Assembly (NCBI GenBank): GCA_043822305.1
Contig: JBDRBU010000036.1
Location: forward strand, 1-24,732
Length of the DNA: 24,732 bases
Source: Candidatus Firestoneibacteriota bacterium
GTDB taxonomy: Bacteria; Oederibacteriota; D2-FULL-39-29; JBDRBU01
Direction of reading: 5' to 3'
Shown: one piece after another, positions 1 through 8,769 of the stretch
Layout of the letters: the number at the start of each line of letters is the position of its first letter
Position numbering within the stretch: the stretch's first letter is position 1
Notes under the pieces: model-generated
Told to the model about the DNA's origin: nothing
What the model saw: only the letters and a program-made list of their open reading frames with translations
Database searches by the model: none
Translations under genes and position numbers: made by a program

Positions 1-4
1 GCAT
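1..4 (-). CDS. Probable start of a minus-strand gene running off the left edge
   Basis: Minus strand reads AGGAGGtaaccgATG: strong Shine-Dalgarno, then ATG at 4..2. No product can be inferred. Confidence 0.5.
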
Positions 5-85
5 CGGTTACCTCCTGATTAAGTTGGTTGTCATAAACCTAACTATATCAGTTTTCTTCGGTAATCGGTGCTTTTTTATTTCCCC

Positions 86-168
86 TTATAGCTTAATGCT
101 TTCTCCTATTTCTCCCACATTATTTACGAATGACCCAAAATTACTGTTAAAATTTTTACTATTTTCAT
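86..168 (-). pseudogene. Possible deletion remnant of a secreted-protein gene
   Basis: Strong RBS (GAGGAGGG) then ATG at 168 giving MKIVKILTVILGHS*, which resembles the start of a signal peptide. A different frame then gives SFVNNVGEIGESIKL* ending at 86. Confidence 0.3.
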
Positions 169-253
169 TTGTTTACCCTCCTCGTGATTATTGGTGCATT
201 CCACATTCAAGGTTTGACCCCATCTACCACAGAATCCAACCCTTTTTTTTAAA

Positions 254-282
254 TTGACTTTTTTGATTTTTTATGGTAAATT
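254..282 (+). promoter_or_regulatory. Sigma70-type promoter for hisC (extended -10)
   Basis: TTGACT (254-259), 17-nt spacer, TG-G-TAAATT (-10 at 277-282). Confidence 0.65.
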
Positions 283-289
283 AAATACT

Positions 290-1378
290 ATGAAAAAACT
301 ATATAGAGATGTAATAGATAAATTGCAGCCATATATTCCAGGAAAACCTGTTGCCGAAGTGCAGAGGGAGTTAAGTATTACTGATATTATTAAAATGGCA
401 TCTAATGAGAATCCTTTAGGTTCATCGCCAAAGGCCATAAGTGCTATAAGGAAAGTATTACAGGATATTAGTTTTTATCCGGAGGGGAGTTGTTATGAAT
501 TAAGGAAAAACTTAGCAAAAAAACTTGAGATTAGCGAAGAAAATTTAATATTTGGGAATGGCTCTGATGAAATATTGCTTATGATAGGAGAAGCATTTCT
601 TAATCCAGGCGATGAAGTGATTCAAGCGGTCCCGGAATTAACATTTGTTGAATATAAAGCAATAACACTTGTAGCGAATGGGACACCCGTTTTTGTTGAA
701 TTAAAGAATTATACATATGATTTAGAAAAAATGGCTGAAAAAGTAACTCAAAAGACGAAGTTAATTTTTGTTGCAAATCCAAATAATCCAACAGGGACAA
801 TAGTGACAAAAACTCAAGTTGAAGAGTTTCTAAAAAAAGTTCCAGAAGATGTAATTGTAGTTTTTGATGAAGCATATTATGAATATGTTGAAAGAGCTGA
901 TTATCCTGAGTCTATTGATTATGTAAAAGAAGGCAGGAATGTTATAGTTTTAAAAACTTTTTCTAAGATTTATGGACTTGCAGGTTTAAGAATTGGTTAT
1001 GGGATGGCTAAAAAAGAAATTATTGATATCCTTGAAAAAGTAAGACAGCCATTTAATGTGAACTATTTAGCTCAAGTAGGGGCAAATGCTGCCTTAAAAG
1101 ACATTAAATTTGTTGAAGAAAGTAAAAGAGTTAACAATGTAGGGAAAAAATATTTATATTCAAGTTTAGATGAACTTGATATTCCGTATGTGCTTTCGGA
1201 AGCAAACTTTATATTTATAGATTTAAAAAAAGATGCGAAACCTGTTGTTGAAAAATTAATGGAAGAAGGTGTGATAGTTAGAAAGATAGGCACTGGGACA
1301 ACTATAAGAGTTACCATAGGAAAAGAAGAGCAGAATAAAAGATTTATAGAAATATTAAAGAGGATAATAAGGGACTAA
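290..1378 (+). CDS. hisC: Histidinol-phosphate aminotransferase (PLP-dependent)
   Basis: Motifs PYIPGKP, KMASNENPLG, GNGSDE, NPNNPTG, DEAY, KTFSKIYGLAGLRIGY. Start moved to ATG 290 because the ORF-track TTG at 254 is the -35 box. Confidence 0.95.
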   Translation: MKKLYRDVIDKLQPYIPGKPVAEVQRELSITDIIKMASNENPLGSSPKAISAIRKVLQDISFYPEGSCYELRKNLAKKLEISEENLIFGNGSDEILLMIGEAFLNPGDEVIQAVPELTFVEYKAITLVANGTPVFVELKNYTYDLEKMAEKVTQKTKLIFVANPNNPTGTIVTKTQVEEFLKKVPEDVIVVFDEAYYEYVERADYPESIDYVKEGRNVIVLKTFSKIYGLAGLRIGYGMAKKEIIDILEKVRQPFNVNYLAQVGANAALKDIKFVEESKRVNNVGKKYLYSSLDELDIPYVLSEANFIFIDLKKDAKPVVEKLMEEGVIVRKIGTGTTIRVTIGKEEQNKRFIEILKRIIRD

Positions 1379-1392
1379 CTGACAACATAGAT

Positions 1393-1426
1393 AACAACCC
1401 CCTAGCCCCCTTTATTAAGGGGGAAT
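1393..1426 (+). repeat. Palindromic repeat family A, copy 1 (AACAACCCCCT..CCCCCTT-N4-AAGGGGGAAT)
   Basis: aacaaccccctagccccctttattaagggggaat. Near-identical copies at 6668-6701 and, inverted, at 24597-24632. Followed by GGGAATAA tandem units (1421-1444). Confidence 0.85.
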
Positions 1427-1458
1427 AAGGGAATAAGGGAATTAACGGAGGGTGAATA

Positions 1459-2472
1459 ATGATTGTAGTTTTAAGACAGGGAGTAACAGAAAAAGAAATA
1501 GAGCATATTAAAGAAAAAATTGCCAGGACTGGACTTAGTCCGCATATCTCAAAAGGTGTTGAGAGAACTATAATTATGGTAATTGGCGATGAGAGAGCTC
1601 TCGATACTTTTTCTATAGAGACGCTTCCTGGTGTTGAAAGGGTAATGTCTGTTTTGCAACCGTATAAGTTAGTTAGCAAAGATTTTAAAGCCGAGAACAC
1701 AGTTGTAAAAGTTAAAGATATAGAAATAGGTGGGAATAAAATAGTCGTTATGGCCGGTCCTTGTTCTGTCGAAAGCAGGGAGATGGTCATAGAAATTGCG
1801 AAGATTGTGAAAGAAGCAGGTGCAAGTATTCTAAGAGGTGGAGCATTTAAACCAAGGACCTCTCCCTATAGTTTTCAAGGATTAGGCGAGCAAGGATTGA
1901 ACTATCTTGCCGAAGCGAGAAAAATCACTGGTCTTCCAATTGTAACTGAAGTTGTGGATACAAGAACCGTAGAACTTGTGGCCAAGTATGCCGATATTAT
2001 TCAAATAGGTGCAAGGAATATGCAGAATTTTGAACTTTTAAAATTGGTTGGTGAATATAAAATTCCTGTTTTACTAAAAAGAGGAATGATGTGCACTATA
2101 AAGGAATGGTTAATGTCGGCTGAATATATTATGTCAAGAGGAAATTATAATGTGATTTTATGTGAAAGGGGAATTAGAACATTTGAGGGTTCTACAAGAA
2201 ATACATTAGATTTATCTGCTGTGGCCGTGGTTAAGCATTTAAGTCATTTACCGGTGATAGTTGACCCAAGCCATGGAACAGGTAAATGGAGATGGGCCAT
2301 ACATATGTCAAAAGCTGCTGTGGCCGGTGGTGCCGATGGTTTAATGTTAGAGGTTCATCAAAAACCAGAAGAGGCATTATCAGATGGGGACCAGTCACTA
2401 CTTTCTGAGAAATTTAAAAAACTAATGGAAGAATTAAAACCAATTGCTAAAGCGGTTGGGAGAGAGATGTAA
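1459..2472 (+). CDS. aroF: DAHP synthase (type I-beta, with N-terminal regulatory domain)
   Basis: [50 protein letters not shown] motifs; RBS GGAGGG. Confidence 0.96.
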   Translation: MIVVLRQGVTEKEIEHIKEKIARTGLSPHISKGVERTIIMVIGDERALDTFSIETLPGVERVMSVLQPYKLVSKDFKAENTVVKVKDIEIGGNKIVVMAGPCSVESREMVIEIAKIVKEAGASILRGGAFKPRTSPYSFQGLGEQGLNYLAEARKITGLPIVTEVVDTRTVELVAKYADIIQIGARNMQNFELLKLVGEYKIPVLLKRGMMCTIKEWLMSAEYIMSRGNYNVILCERGIRTFEGSTRNTLDLSAVAVVKHLSHLPVIVDPSHGTGKWRWAIHMSKAAVAGGADGLMLEVHQKPEEALSDGDQSLLSEKFKKLMEELKPIAKAVGREM

Positions 2473-2517
2473 CGCAACCTTTAGGTTGCGAATACGCAGG
2501 CTAAAGCCTGCGACTAC
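2469..2517. repeat. GTAG-type REP doublet (family C); may double as aroF terminator
   Basis: GTAA-cgcaacct-tt-aggttgcg, aata, cgcaggct-aa-agcctgcg-a-CTAC: two perfect 8-bp hairpins in inverted orientation with GTAA/GTAG feet. Confidence 0.75.
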
Positions 2518-2561
2518 CAGTTGCGTTAATAATGTTTAATATATTAGTTTAAAAGGGAAAT

Positions 2562-3101
2562 ATGATTTGCGATAAGTGTCATAAAAATGAATCAACAGTT
2601 CATTACCAGCAGGTTATAAATGGCCAGGCATCAGAGATTCATTTATGTGAAGAATGTGCAAGTGAAAAAGGAATGTTACCTTTGCCATTTGAAAATCCAC
2701 TATCTTTTGGAAATATGCTCACTGGATTATTAGATGAAGAAGAACAGGGTTTGGAGATAAGAGAGCCAAAGAAAAAAGTAAAGTGCAAATGTGGATGGAC
2801 AGATGTAGATTTAAAAAAAACCGGATATCTGGGATGTCCACTTTGTTATAAAACATTTAACAAATCTTTAGTACCACTTTTTAGAAGAATACATGGCAGC
2901 AATAAGCATGTAGGGAAAATGCCAGCAAAAATCCCAATAAAGGAAAGATTGGTCGAAAAAGAAATTATCGAAAAAGATATGGAAAAAATTAAAAGTTTAA
3001 GGGAAGAATTACAAGGATGTATAAATGAAGAAAAATATGAACAAGCAGCAAAAATAAGAGATGAAATAAAGAAAATAGAAAAAGAATTTGGAGAAAAATG
3101 A
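2562..3101 (+). CDS. mcsA: McsA, protein-arginine kinase activator (Cys motifs plus UVR domain)
   Basis: CDKC, HLCEECA, GCPLCY, RIHG..HVGKMP, C-terminal EKYEQAAKIRDEI; directly upstream of mcsB-clpC. Confidence 0.92.
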   Translation: MICDKCHKNESTVHYQQVINGQASEIHLCEECASEKGMLPLPFENPLSFGNMLTGLLDEEEQGLEIREPKKKVKCKCGWTDVDLKKTGYLGCPLCYKTFNKSLVPLFRRIHGSNKHVGKMPAKIPIKERLVEKEIIEKDMEKIKSLREELQGCINEEKYEQAAKIRDEIKKIEKEFGEK

Positions 3102-3102
3102 T

Positions 3103-4164
3103 ATGTTTGAAGATCTTGTCCAACATGGAAGTTATTGGTTAGATAATTTAGGACCTAATTCGGATATAGTTATAAGTAGTAGAATAAGACTTGCCAGAAA
3201 TGTCGAGGGTTTACCTTTTCCTCAGCTAATGAAAGATAGTGATTATGTAAAATTAGCCGAAAGCGTTAAGAGGGCCATATCAAAAACAACTATGTTAAAG
3301 GATGCCAAAATTATAAACTTAAATGATGTTAGTGAACTCGATAGATTAATTTTAATGGAAAGGCATACAATTAGTTTTGACCAAGTTGTTAATAACAGAA
3401 AAAAAGGAGTAGTTTTTAATAAGGATGAACAAGTAAGCATTATGATTAATGAAGAGGACCATTTAAGAATGCAAATTATTCAGCCAGGAATGAGATTACT
3501 TTCTTGTTGGAATTTGATAGATAAACTTGATTCTGAAATGGAGGAAGATATTATTTATACTTTTTCAGTGGATATCGGTTATTTAACAGCCTGCCCGACT
3601 AATGTTGGCACTGGACTTAGATCTTCCACTATGGTTCATCTTCCAGGTTTAACTTTAAGTAAAGATATTGGCAAAGTACTTCACAAGATATCACAGTTAG
3701 GACTTGTCGTTAGAGGACTTTATGGAGAAGGTATTGAAATAAAAACATCTTTTTTCCAAATTTCTAATCAGGTCTCGTTAGGATATACCGAGAAAGAAAT
3801 TATAAGTAGTATTGAAAAGATAACAAAACAAGTTGTAGAATATGAGAAAAAAGCAAGGGAGTCATTATTCAAAAATTCAAGAGCAAAGATAGAAGACAGC
3901 ATTTGGAGATCATATGGAATACTTAAAAATGTTCGGTCAATTAATTTTGAAGAAATAGTAAGATTGCTTTCTTCTTTAAGATTAGGAGTAGAAAGCAATA
4001 TAGTAAATATAAATATTAAAACAATTAATGAGTTATTAATAATTACTCAGCCCGGCCATATTCAAAAGTTATTTGGAAAAAACATGAGTGAAGAAGAAAG
4101 AGACGAGAAAAGAGCAGAATTAGTTCGTAATAAACTTAAGGAGGGAGAAAAAGATGTTTCATAA
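3103..4164 (+). CDS. mcsB: Protein-arginine kinase McsB
   Basis: [48 protein letters not shown] 3103 follows GGAG; alternative TTG at 3088. Confidence 0.95.
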   Translation: MFEDLVQHGSYWLDNLGPNSDIVISSRIRLARNVEGLPFPQLMKDSDYVKLAESVKRAISKTTMLKDAKIINLNDVSELDRLILMERHTISFDQVVNNRKKGVVFNKDEQVSIMINEEDHLRMQIIQPGMRLLSCWNLIDKLDSEMEEDIIYTFSVDIGYLTACPTNVGTGLRSSTMVHLPGLTLSKDIGKVLHKISQLGLVVRGLYGEGIEIKTSFFQISNQVSLGYTEKEIISSIEKITKQVVEYEKKARESLFKNSRAKIEDSIWRSYGILKNVRSINFEEIVRLLSSLRLGVESNIVNINIKTINELLIITQPGHIQKLFGKNMSEEERDEKRAELVRNKLKEGEKDVS

Positions 4165-6625
4165 ATTTACGGAAAGAGCTCAAAAAGTTATTATGGAAGC
4201 CAAAGAAGAAGCAAAAAGGTTAAAGCACGATTATGTTGGTCCCGAACATTTACTTCTGGGCTTAGTGAAAGAAGGTACGGGTGTGGCTATAGGTGCGCTT
4301 AAGAATATGGGTGTAAATTTAATTAAGTTAAAAAAAGAAATAGAAGGGGTGCTTTCGTCTGGAACAGGGACTATGCCCTTAGAAGAATTAGTTTTTACTC
4401 CAAATGCAAAAAGAGTTTTAGAACTCGCTATAGAAGAATCATCTATACTCAGTCATAACTATGTAGGGACCGAGCATTTACTTCTTGGAATTATAAAGGA
4501 GTCTGAAAGTATAGCCGCCAGAATTCTTAAAAGTTTTGGAATAACCTTAGATAAAGCAAGAGATTTAATAGTGGAGTTATTAGGAGGAACGGCTACTCCC
4601 GGTCCAAAGGCCATGCCATTTTTTGGTGGGTTTGGTGGGATGGGTAGCATGGCCACAGCTACGAGTGGTAAAACTTCAAAAACTCCCGCACTTGATATTT
4701 TTAGTAGAGATTTAACTGTGCTGGCCCATGATGACAAATTAGATCCAGTTATTGGTAGAGAAAATGAGATTGAAAGGGTTACGCAAATCCTTTCAAGGAG
4801 AACAAAGAATAATCCAGTACTACTTGGTGAAGCTGGTGTAGGTAAGACAGCCATAGTCGAAGGACTTGCTCAAAAAATTGTATCAGGTAATGTTCCAGAA
4901 ATTTTATTACATAAAAGAGTCGTAACATTGGATTTAGCGGCCATAGTGGCCGGTACGAAATACAGGGGAGAATTTGAAGAAAGAATAAAAGCAGTTATGA
5001 GTGAATTAAGAAACAGCGGCAATATAATTATTTTTATTGACGAACTTCATACTTTAGTTGGTGCCGGAGCAGCCGAAGGGGCTATAGATGCCTCAAATAT
5101 ATTAAAACCCGCTCTTTCAAGAGGAGAGATTCAATGTATTGGTGCTACAACTTTAAATGAATATAGAAAGCATATTGAAAAAGATGGTGCTTTAGAACGA
5201 AGATTTCAGACGATAATGGTTAATCCACCTAATCTGGAAGAAACTATTTCTATCTTAAAAGGTTTAAGGGATAAATACGAAGCTCATCATAAGGTAAAGA
5301 TTACAGATGGAGCCATAAGAGAAGCAGCATATCTTTCCGATAGATACATAAGCGGGAGGTTTTTGCCGGATAAGGCTATAGATGTAATTGATGAAGCCGG
5401 TGCAAGAGTAAGGTTACAGACTTCTGTCCGATCACCAGAAGTTATGGAATTAGAAAGAGAAATTGAAAGGGTTTTAAAGGAAAAAGAATCAGCAGTTAAA
5501 TCACAGGAATTTGAAAAAGCAGCAAATTTAAGAGATACAATGGGAGAATTAAAGGTAAAATCAGAAAATATGAAAAAAATGTGGGAAAAAAGTAAAGGGA
5601 TTCCTGAAAAGTCAGTAACAGAAGTGGATATCGCCAAGGTTGTTTCTCAGTGGACAGGTATTCCCGTATTTAAATTAGAAGAAAAAGAATCTGAAAAGTT
5701 ATTAAAGATGGAAGATGCTTTGCATAAAAGAATAATAGGTCAGGATGAGTCTATAAAAGCAGTAGCAAAATCAATCAGAAGGGCCAGAGCTGGGATCTCG
5801 GATCCTAAAAAGCCTATTGGGTCATTTATATTCTTAGGTCCAACCGGTGTTGGAAAAACCGAATTAGCCAGAGCCTTAGCTCAGTTTTTGTTTGAAGATG
5901 AAAATGCTTTAATTAGAATTGATATGTCGGAATACAGTGAAAAATTTTCAATCTCAAGATTAGTTGGTGCTCCTCCGGGATATGTGGGATATGATGAAGG
6001 AGGACAGCTCACTGAAAAAGTAAGGAGAAGACCGTATTCTGTAGTTCTTTTTGATGAGATAGAAAAAGCACATCCAGACATTTTTAATATTTTATTACAG
6101 GTTTTGGAAGACGGAAGGCTTACAGATTCGTTTGGTCGAGTCGTTGATTTTAAAAATACGGTTATAATAATGACATCAAATCTGGGGACGAGATCAATGG
6201 AAAAAGGTTCATTAGGATTTAAGAAACCTGATGAGAAAGGTTCATACGAAAATATGAAAGATAAAGTTATGTCTGAATTAAAGAAAACATTTAATCCGGA
6301 ATTTTTAAATAGAGTTGATGAAACAATAGTATTTCATACTTTAACTAAAGAGGATTTATGGGCCATAGTTGATTTACTTGTTTTTCAGGTTCAAGAGAGA
6401 TTGAAAGATAGGAAAATAAAATTAGAATTAGATGAACCAGTGAAAGATTTCTTAATTGAGAAAGGATTTAGTACTGTCTTTGGAGCCAGGGAGTTAAAGC
6501 GGGTAGTCCAGAAGTATCTTGAGGACACTTTATCAAACGATATTTTAAATAAAAAGATTCAGGAAGATTCTATAATTATCGCAAAATTAAATGGTGAAGA
6601 AATAATATTTGAAAAAGCAGAATAA
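4154..6625 (+). CDS. clpC: ATP-dependent Clp protease ATP-binding subunit ClpC
   Basis: Two Clp-N repeats, Walker A GEAGVGKT and [11 protein letters not shown] middle domain, [13 protein letters not shown] ClpP-binding loop; mcsAB synteny. Confidence 0.97.
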   Translation: MFHKFTERAQKVIMEAKEEAKRLKHDYVGPEHLLLGLVKEGTGVAIGALKNMGVNLIKLKKEIEGVLSSGTGTMPLEELVFTPNAKRVLELAIEESSILSHNYVGTEHLLLGIIKESESIAARILKSFGITLDKARDLIVELLGGTATPGPKAMPFFGGFGGMGSMATATSGKTSKTPALDIFSRDLTVLAHDDKLDPVIGRENEIERVTQILSRRTKNNPVLLGEAGVGKTAIVEGLAQKIVSGNVPEILLHKRVVTLDLAAIVAGTKYRGEFEERIKAVMSELRNSGNIIIFIDELHTLVGAGAAEGAIDASNILKPALSRGEIQCIGATTLNEYRKHIEKDGALERRFQTIMVNPPNLEETISILKGLRDKYEAHHKVKITDGAIREAAYLSDRYISGRFLPDKAIDVIDEAGARVRLQTSVRSPEVMELEREIERVLKEKESAVKSQEFEKAANLRDTMGELKVKSENMKKMWEKSKGIPEKSVTEVDIAKVVSQWTGIPVFKLEEKESEKLLKMEDALHKRIIGQDESIKAVAKSIRRARAGISDPKKPIGSFIFLGPTGVGKTELARALAQFLFEDENALIRIDMSEYSEKFSISRLVGAPPGYVGYDEGGQLTEKVRRRPYSVVLFDEIEKAHPDIFNILLQVLEDGRLTDSFGRVVDFKNTVIIMTSNLGTRSMEKGSLGFKKPDEKGSYENMKDKVMSELKKTFNPEFLNRVDETIVFHTLTKEDLWAIVDLLVFQVQERLKDRKIKLELDEPVKDFLIEKGFSTVFGARELKRVVQKYLEDTLSNDILNKKIQEDSIIIAKLNGEEIIFEKAE

Positions 6626-6667
6626 ATGATTTTATGGAGTGCAGCAATGATGTTGTTACAGTAATTG

Positions 6668-6701
6668 AACAACCCCCTAACCCCCTTTGATAAGGGGGAA
6701 T
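6668..6701 (+). repeat. Palindromic repeat family A, copy 2
   Basis: aacaaccccctaaccccctttgataagggggaat, hairpin ccccctt-tgat-aaggggg. Confidence 0.85.
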
Positions 6702-6750
6702 TGTCCAATAACGGGGTTGACTGAATATTTACCAAGTAAAAGAGGTTTAA

Positions 6751-7549
6751 TTGCTTAAAAAATCAATAATTATTCTTTTTATTTTTGTCTTTCCTTTTAT
6801 TTCTAATTCTAATGAGTTAAAATGGAAATTTGTTGACAATTGGGGATTACCTACTGAAACAAAGGAAGATATTGAGAAATTAATTACATATGTTAAAAAA
6901 TTAGGATTTAATGTCTTTGGAACTCAAACTAAATCTGAAGGGAAATTGGAATTATTATGTGATGAGTGTGAAAAACAAGGTATAGAGGTTTATCAAATCA
7001 TAGAACTTAGTTGTTCAAGTTTTGGGCAATCCATTTTAAAAGAAGAAAAACAAGCTCTTACAAAAAAATTAAAAAATAAAGATTACAATGATCAAGAAGG
7101 TGGAGAACCAGTAGAGAAAGGAGATATATTTAAATCCCAGTTGCTTTGTTTTAATAAGGAAAAGTCATTTGACTATGTAAAAGAAAAACTTATAAAAATT
7201 GCAAATAATAAAAGAATAAAAGGAATTGTCTTTGATTATTTTGGTTATCAGAATTATTACGGTTGTTTTTGTGATGTTTGTGAATCTAAACTGGGATTTG
7301 GATAAAGTAAGGAACATAACAAAGATAGTTGTAGGTGATGGAAAGAAATATTATAAGGGAAGTACAGGTATACCTATGATAGGGATATGCGGGGGAAAGC
7401 ATAGAAAGAGTCCCGAAAGGATTTCTGAAGAATTTAAAATTTTAAAGGAAGAGAATGCAGAAGGTGTAATGATAGCTAACTTAGCCGATATTGTTAATGA
7501 TGAAGAAGTGGCAAAAGTTATTTCAAGAGAATTAGGTGGGACATGGTAA
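6751..7549 (+). pseudogene. Split or internally deleted secreted protein, possibly glycoside-hydrolase-like TIM barrel
   Basis: ORF 6751-7305 has a signal peptide, KLGFNV and KGIVFDYFGY..GCFCDVC, then stops. The overlapping frame (to 7549) continues WDLDKV..GIPMIG..AEGVMI and is coupled to the proB start. Confidence 0.5.
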
Positions 7550-8616
7550 ATAAAATTGTAATAAAAATAGGCACAAATCTGCTAACAGATAGAGAGAAAG
7601 GCATAAATTTAACTCGTCTAGAAAGTATGGCTGAAAGTATTTCATATTTTAAAGATAAGATTTTTGTCATAGTAAGTTCGGGAGCAATAGGTGCGGGTGT
7701 ATCTGCTTTAAAATTAAAAGAAGTTCCAAAGACAATACCCGAAAAACAAGCAACGGCAGCCGTAGGTCAACCCCTTTTAATGTCTGCCTACGAACATTCC
7801 TTTAGAAAATTTGGCAAAAATGTTGCTCAAATTTTATTAACTAAAGATGATTTTACAAACAGAAAAAGATACTGTAATGCAAAAAATACTTTCTCAGCAT
7901 TGTTTAATAAAAATGTTATTCCAATTGTAAACGAGAATGATACTGTTGCCGTTGAAGAAATAAAAGTAGGAGACAATGACAATATTGCAGCTTTAGTCGC
8001 CAATCTTATTGAAGCAGATTTATTGATAATACTTTCTAATGTTGATGGCTTTTATTCTAAATCTGGATTAATTCCAATTATAGAAAAAATTACACCAGAC
8101 ATAGAAAGATTAGCGAAAAAATCCACGGATAGATTGAGTACCGGGGGAATGTTCACAAAAATACAAGCCGCAAAAAAATGTGTTTCTGCCGGTATATCAG
8201 TCATTATGGCTAATGGAAATACTCCTAATATAGTTAAGAATATTCTTGGGGAAAATTTTAAAGGCACATTGTTTTTATCAAAAAAGAGTAAATTAAGTTA
8301 TAAGGATAAATGGATTGCATTTGTTTCCAATGTAAAAGGAGATATAATTATAGATAATGGCGCAAAAGAAGCCATATTAAAAAAAGGTAAAAGTTTATTG
8401 CCATCAGGTATTTTAAATGTTACAGGTAATTTTAAAGTAAGGGATGTCGTAAATATAGTTGATTCAAATGGTAATGAGATTGCAAAAGGTGTTACAAATT
8501 ATTCCTCAGCAGATATTTTAAAAATCAAAGGCAAAAAAACTTCAGAAATAGAGAAAATCTTGCAGAGTAAATCTGGCGATGAAATAATTCACAGAAATAA
8601 TTTAGTGATAGTATAA
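7543..8616 (+). CDS. proB: Glutamate 5-kinase with PUA domain
   Basis: VIKIGT, VSSGAIGAG, AAVGQ, NENDTV, GDND, TGGMFTK, C-terminal PUA (KSLLPSGI, IHRNNL). Confidence 0.96.
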   Translation: MVNKIVIKIGTNLLTDREKGINLTRLESMAESISYFKDKIFVIVSSGAIGAGVSALKLKEVPKTIPEKQATAAVGQPLLMSAYEHSFRKFGKNVAQILLTKDDFTNRKRYCNAKNTFSALFNKNVIPIVNENDTVAVEEIKVGDNDNIAALVANLIEADLLIILSNVDGFYSKSGLIPIIEKITPDIERLAKKSTDRLSTGGMFTKIQAAKKCVSAGISVIMANGNTPNIVKNILGENFKGTLFLSKKSKLSYKDKWIAFVSNVKGDIIIDNGAKEAILKKGKSLLPSGILNVTGNFKVRDVVNIVDSNGNEIAKGVTNYSSADILKIKGKKTSEIEKILQSKSGDEIIHRNNLVIV

Positions 8617-8617
8617 A

Positions 8618-8632
8618 ATGGGGACAGATACC
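8618..8632 (+). repeat. Repeat family B (GGGACAGAYACC) copy directly after the proB stop
   Basis: atggggacagatacc; 1 mismatch to the copies at 11427 and 12068. Confidence 0.65.
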
Positions 8633-8694
8633 TTTAAAGAATACATTATTGCCTTTCGCATTAAAATTATCTCGGTTTTTCTGATTACATTTTA

Positions 8695-8751
8695 TTGACA
8701 AATGTGTTAAAATGATGTATACTATTTTAGCAGTAGTGTTAAAATAGTGTA
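8695..8751 (+). promoter_or_regulatory. Near-consensus sigma70 promoter with overlapping inverted repeat
   Basis: TTGACA (8695-8700), 17 nt, TATACT (8718-8723). Inverted repeat tatactattttagca-gtag-tgttaaaatagtgta (8718-8751, 2 mismatches). Confidence 0.75.
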
Positions 8752-8769
8752 TGTGAGGAAAAAGACTAT

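Noticed and set aside
185..245. Possible riboswitch on the minus strand (ggtcaaacc segment)
   Set aside because: The rest of a c-di-GMP-I or other aptamer consensus could not be found by eye.
24..257. 77-aa + strand ORF
   Set aside because: No RBS or motif; it lies over minus-strand RBS/start signals and ends in the hisC promoter.
6634..6659. atggagtgcagcaatgatgttgttac, resembling TGGAGTGCGGC-type palindromic repeats
   Set aside because: Single degenerate copy with an imperfect stem; cannot be supported from this window.
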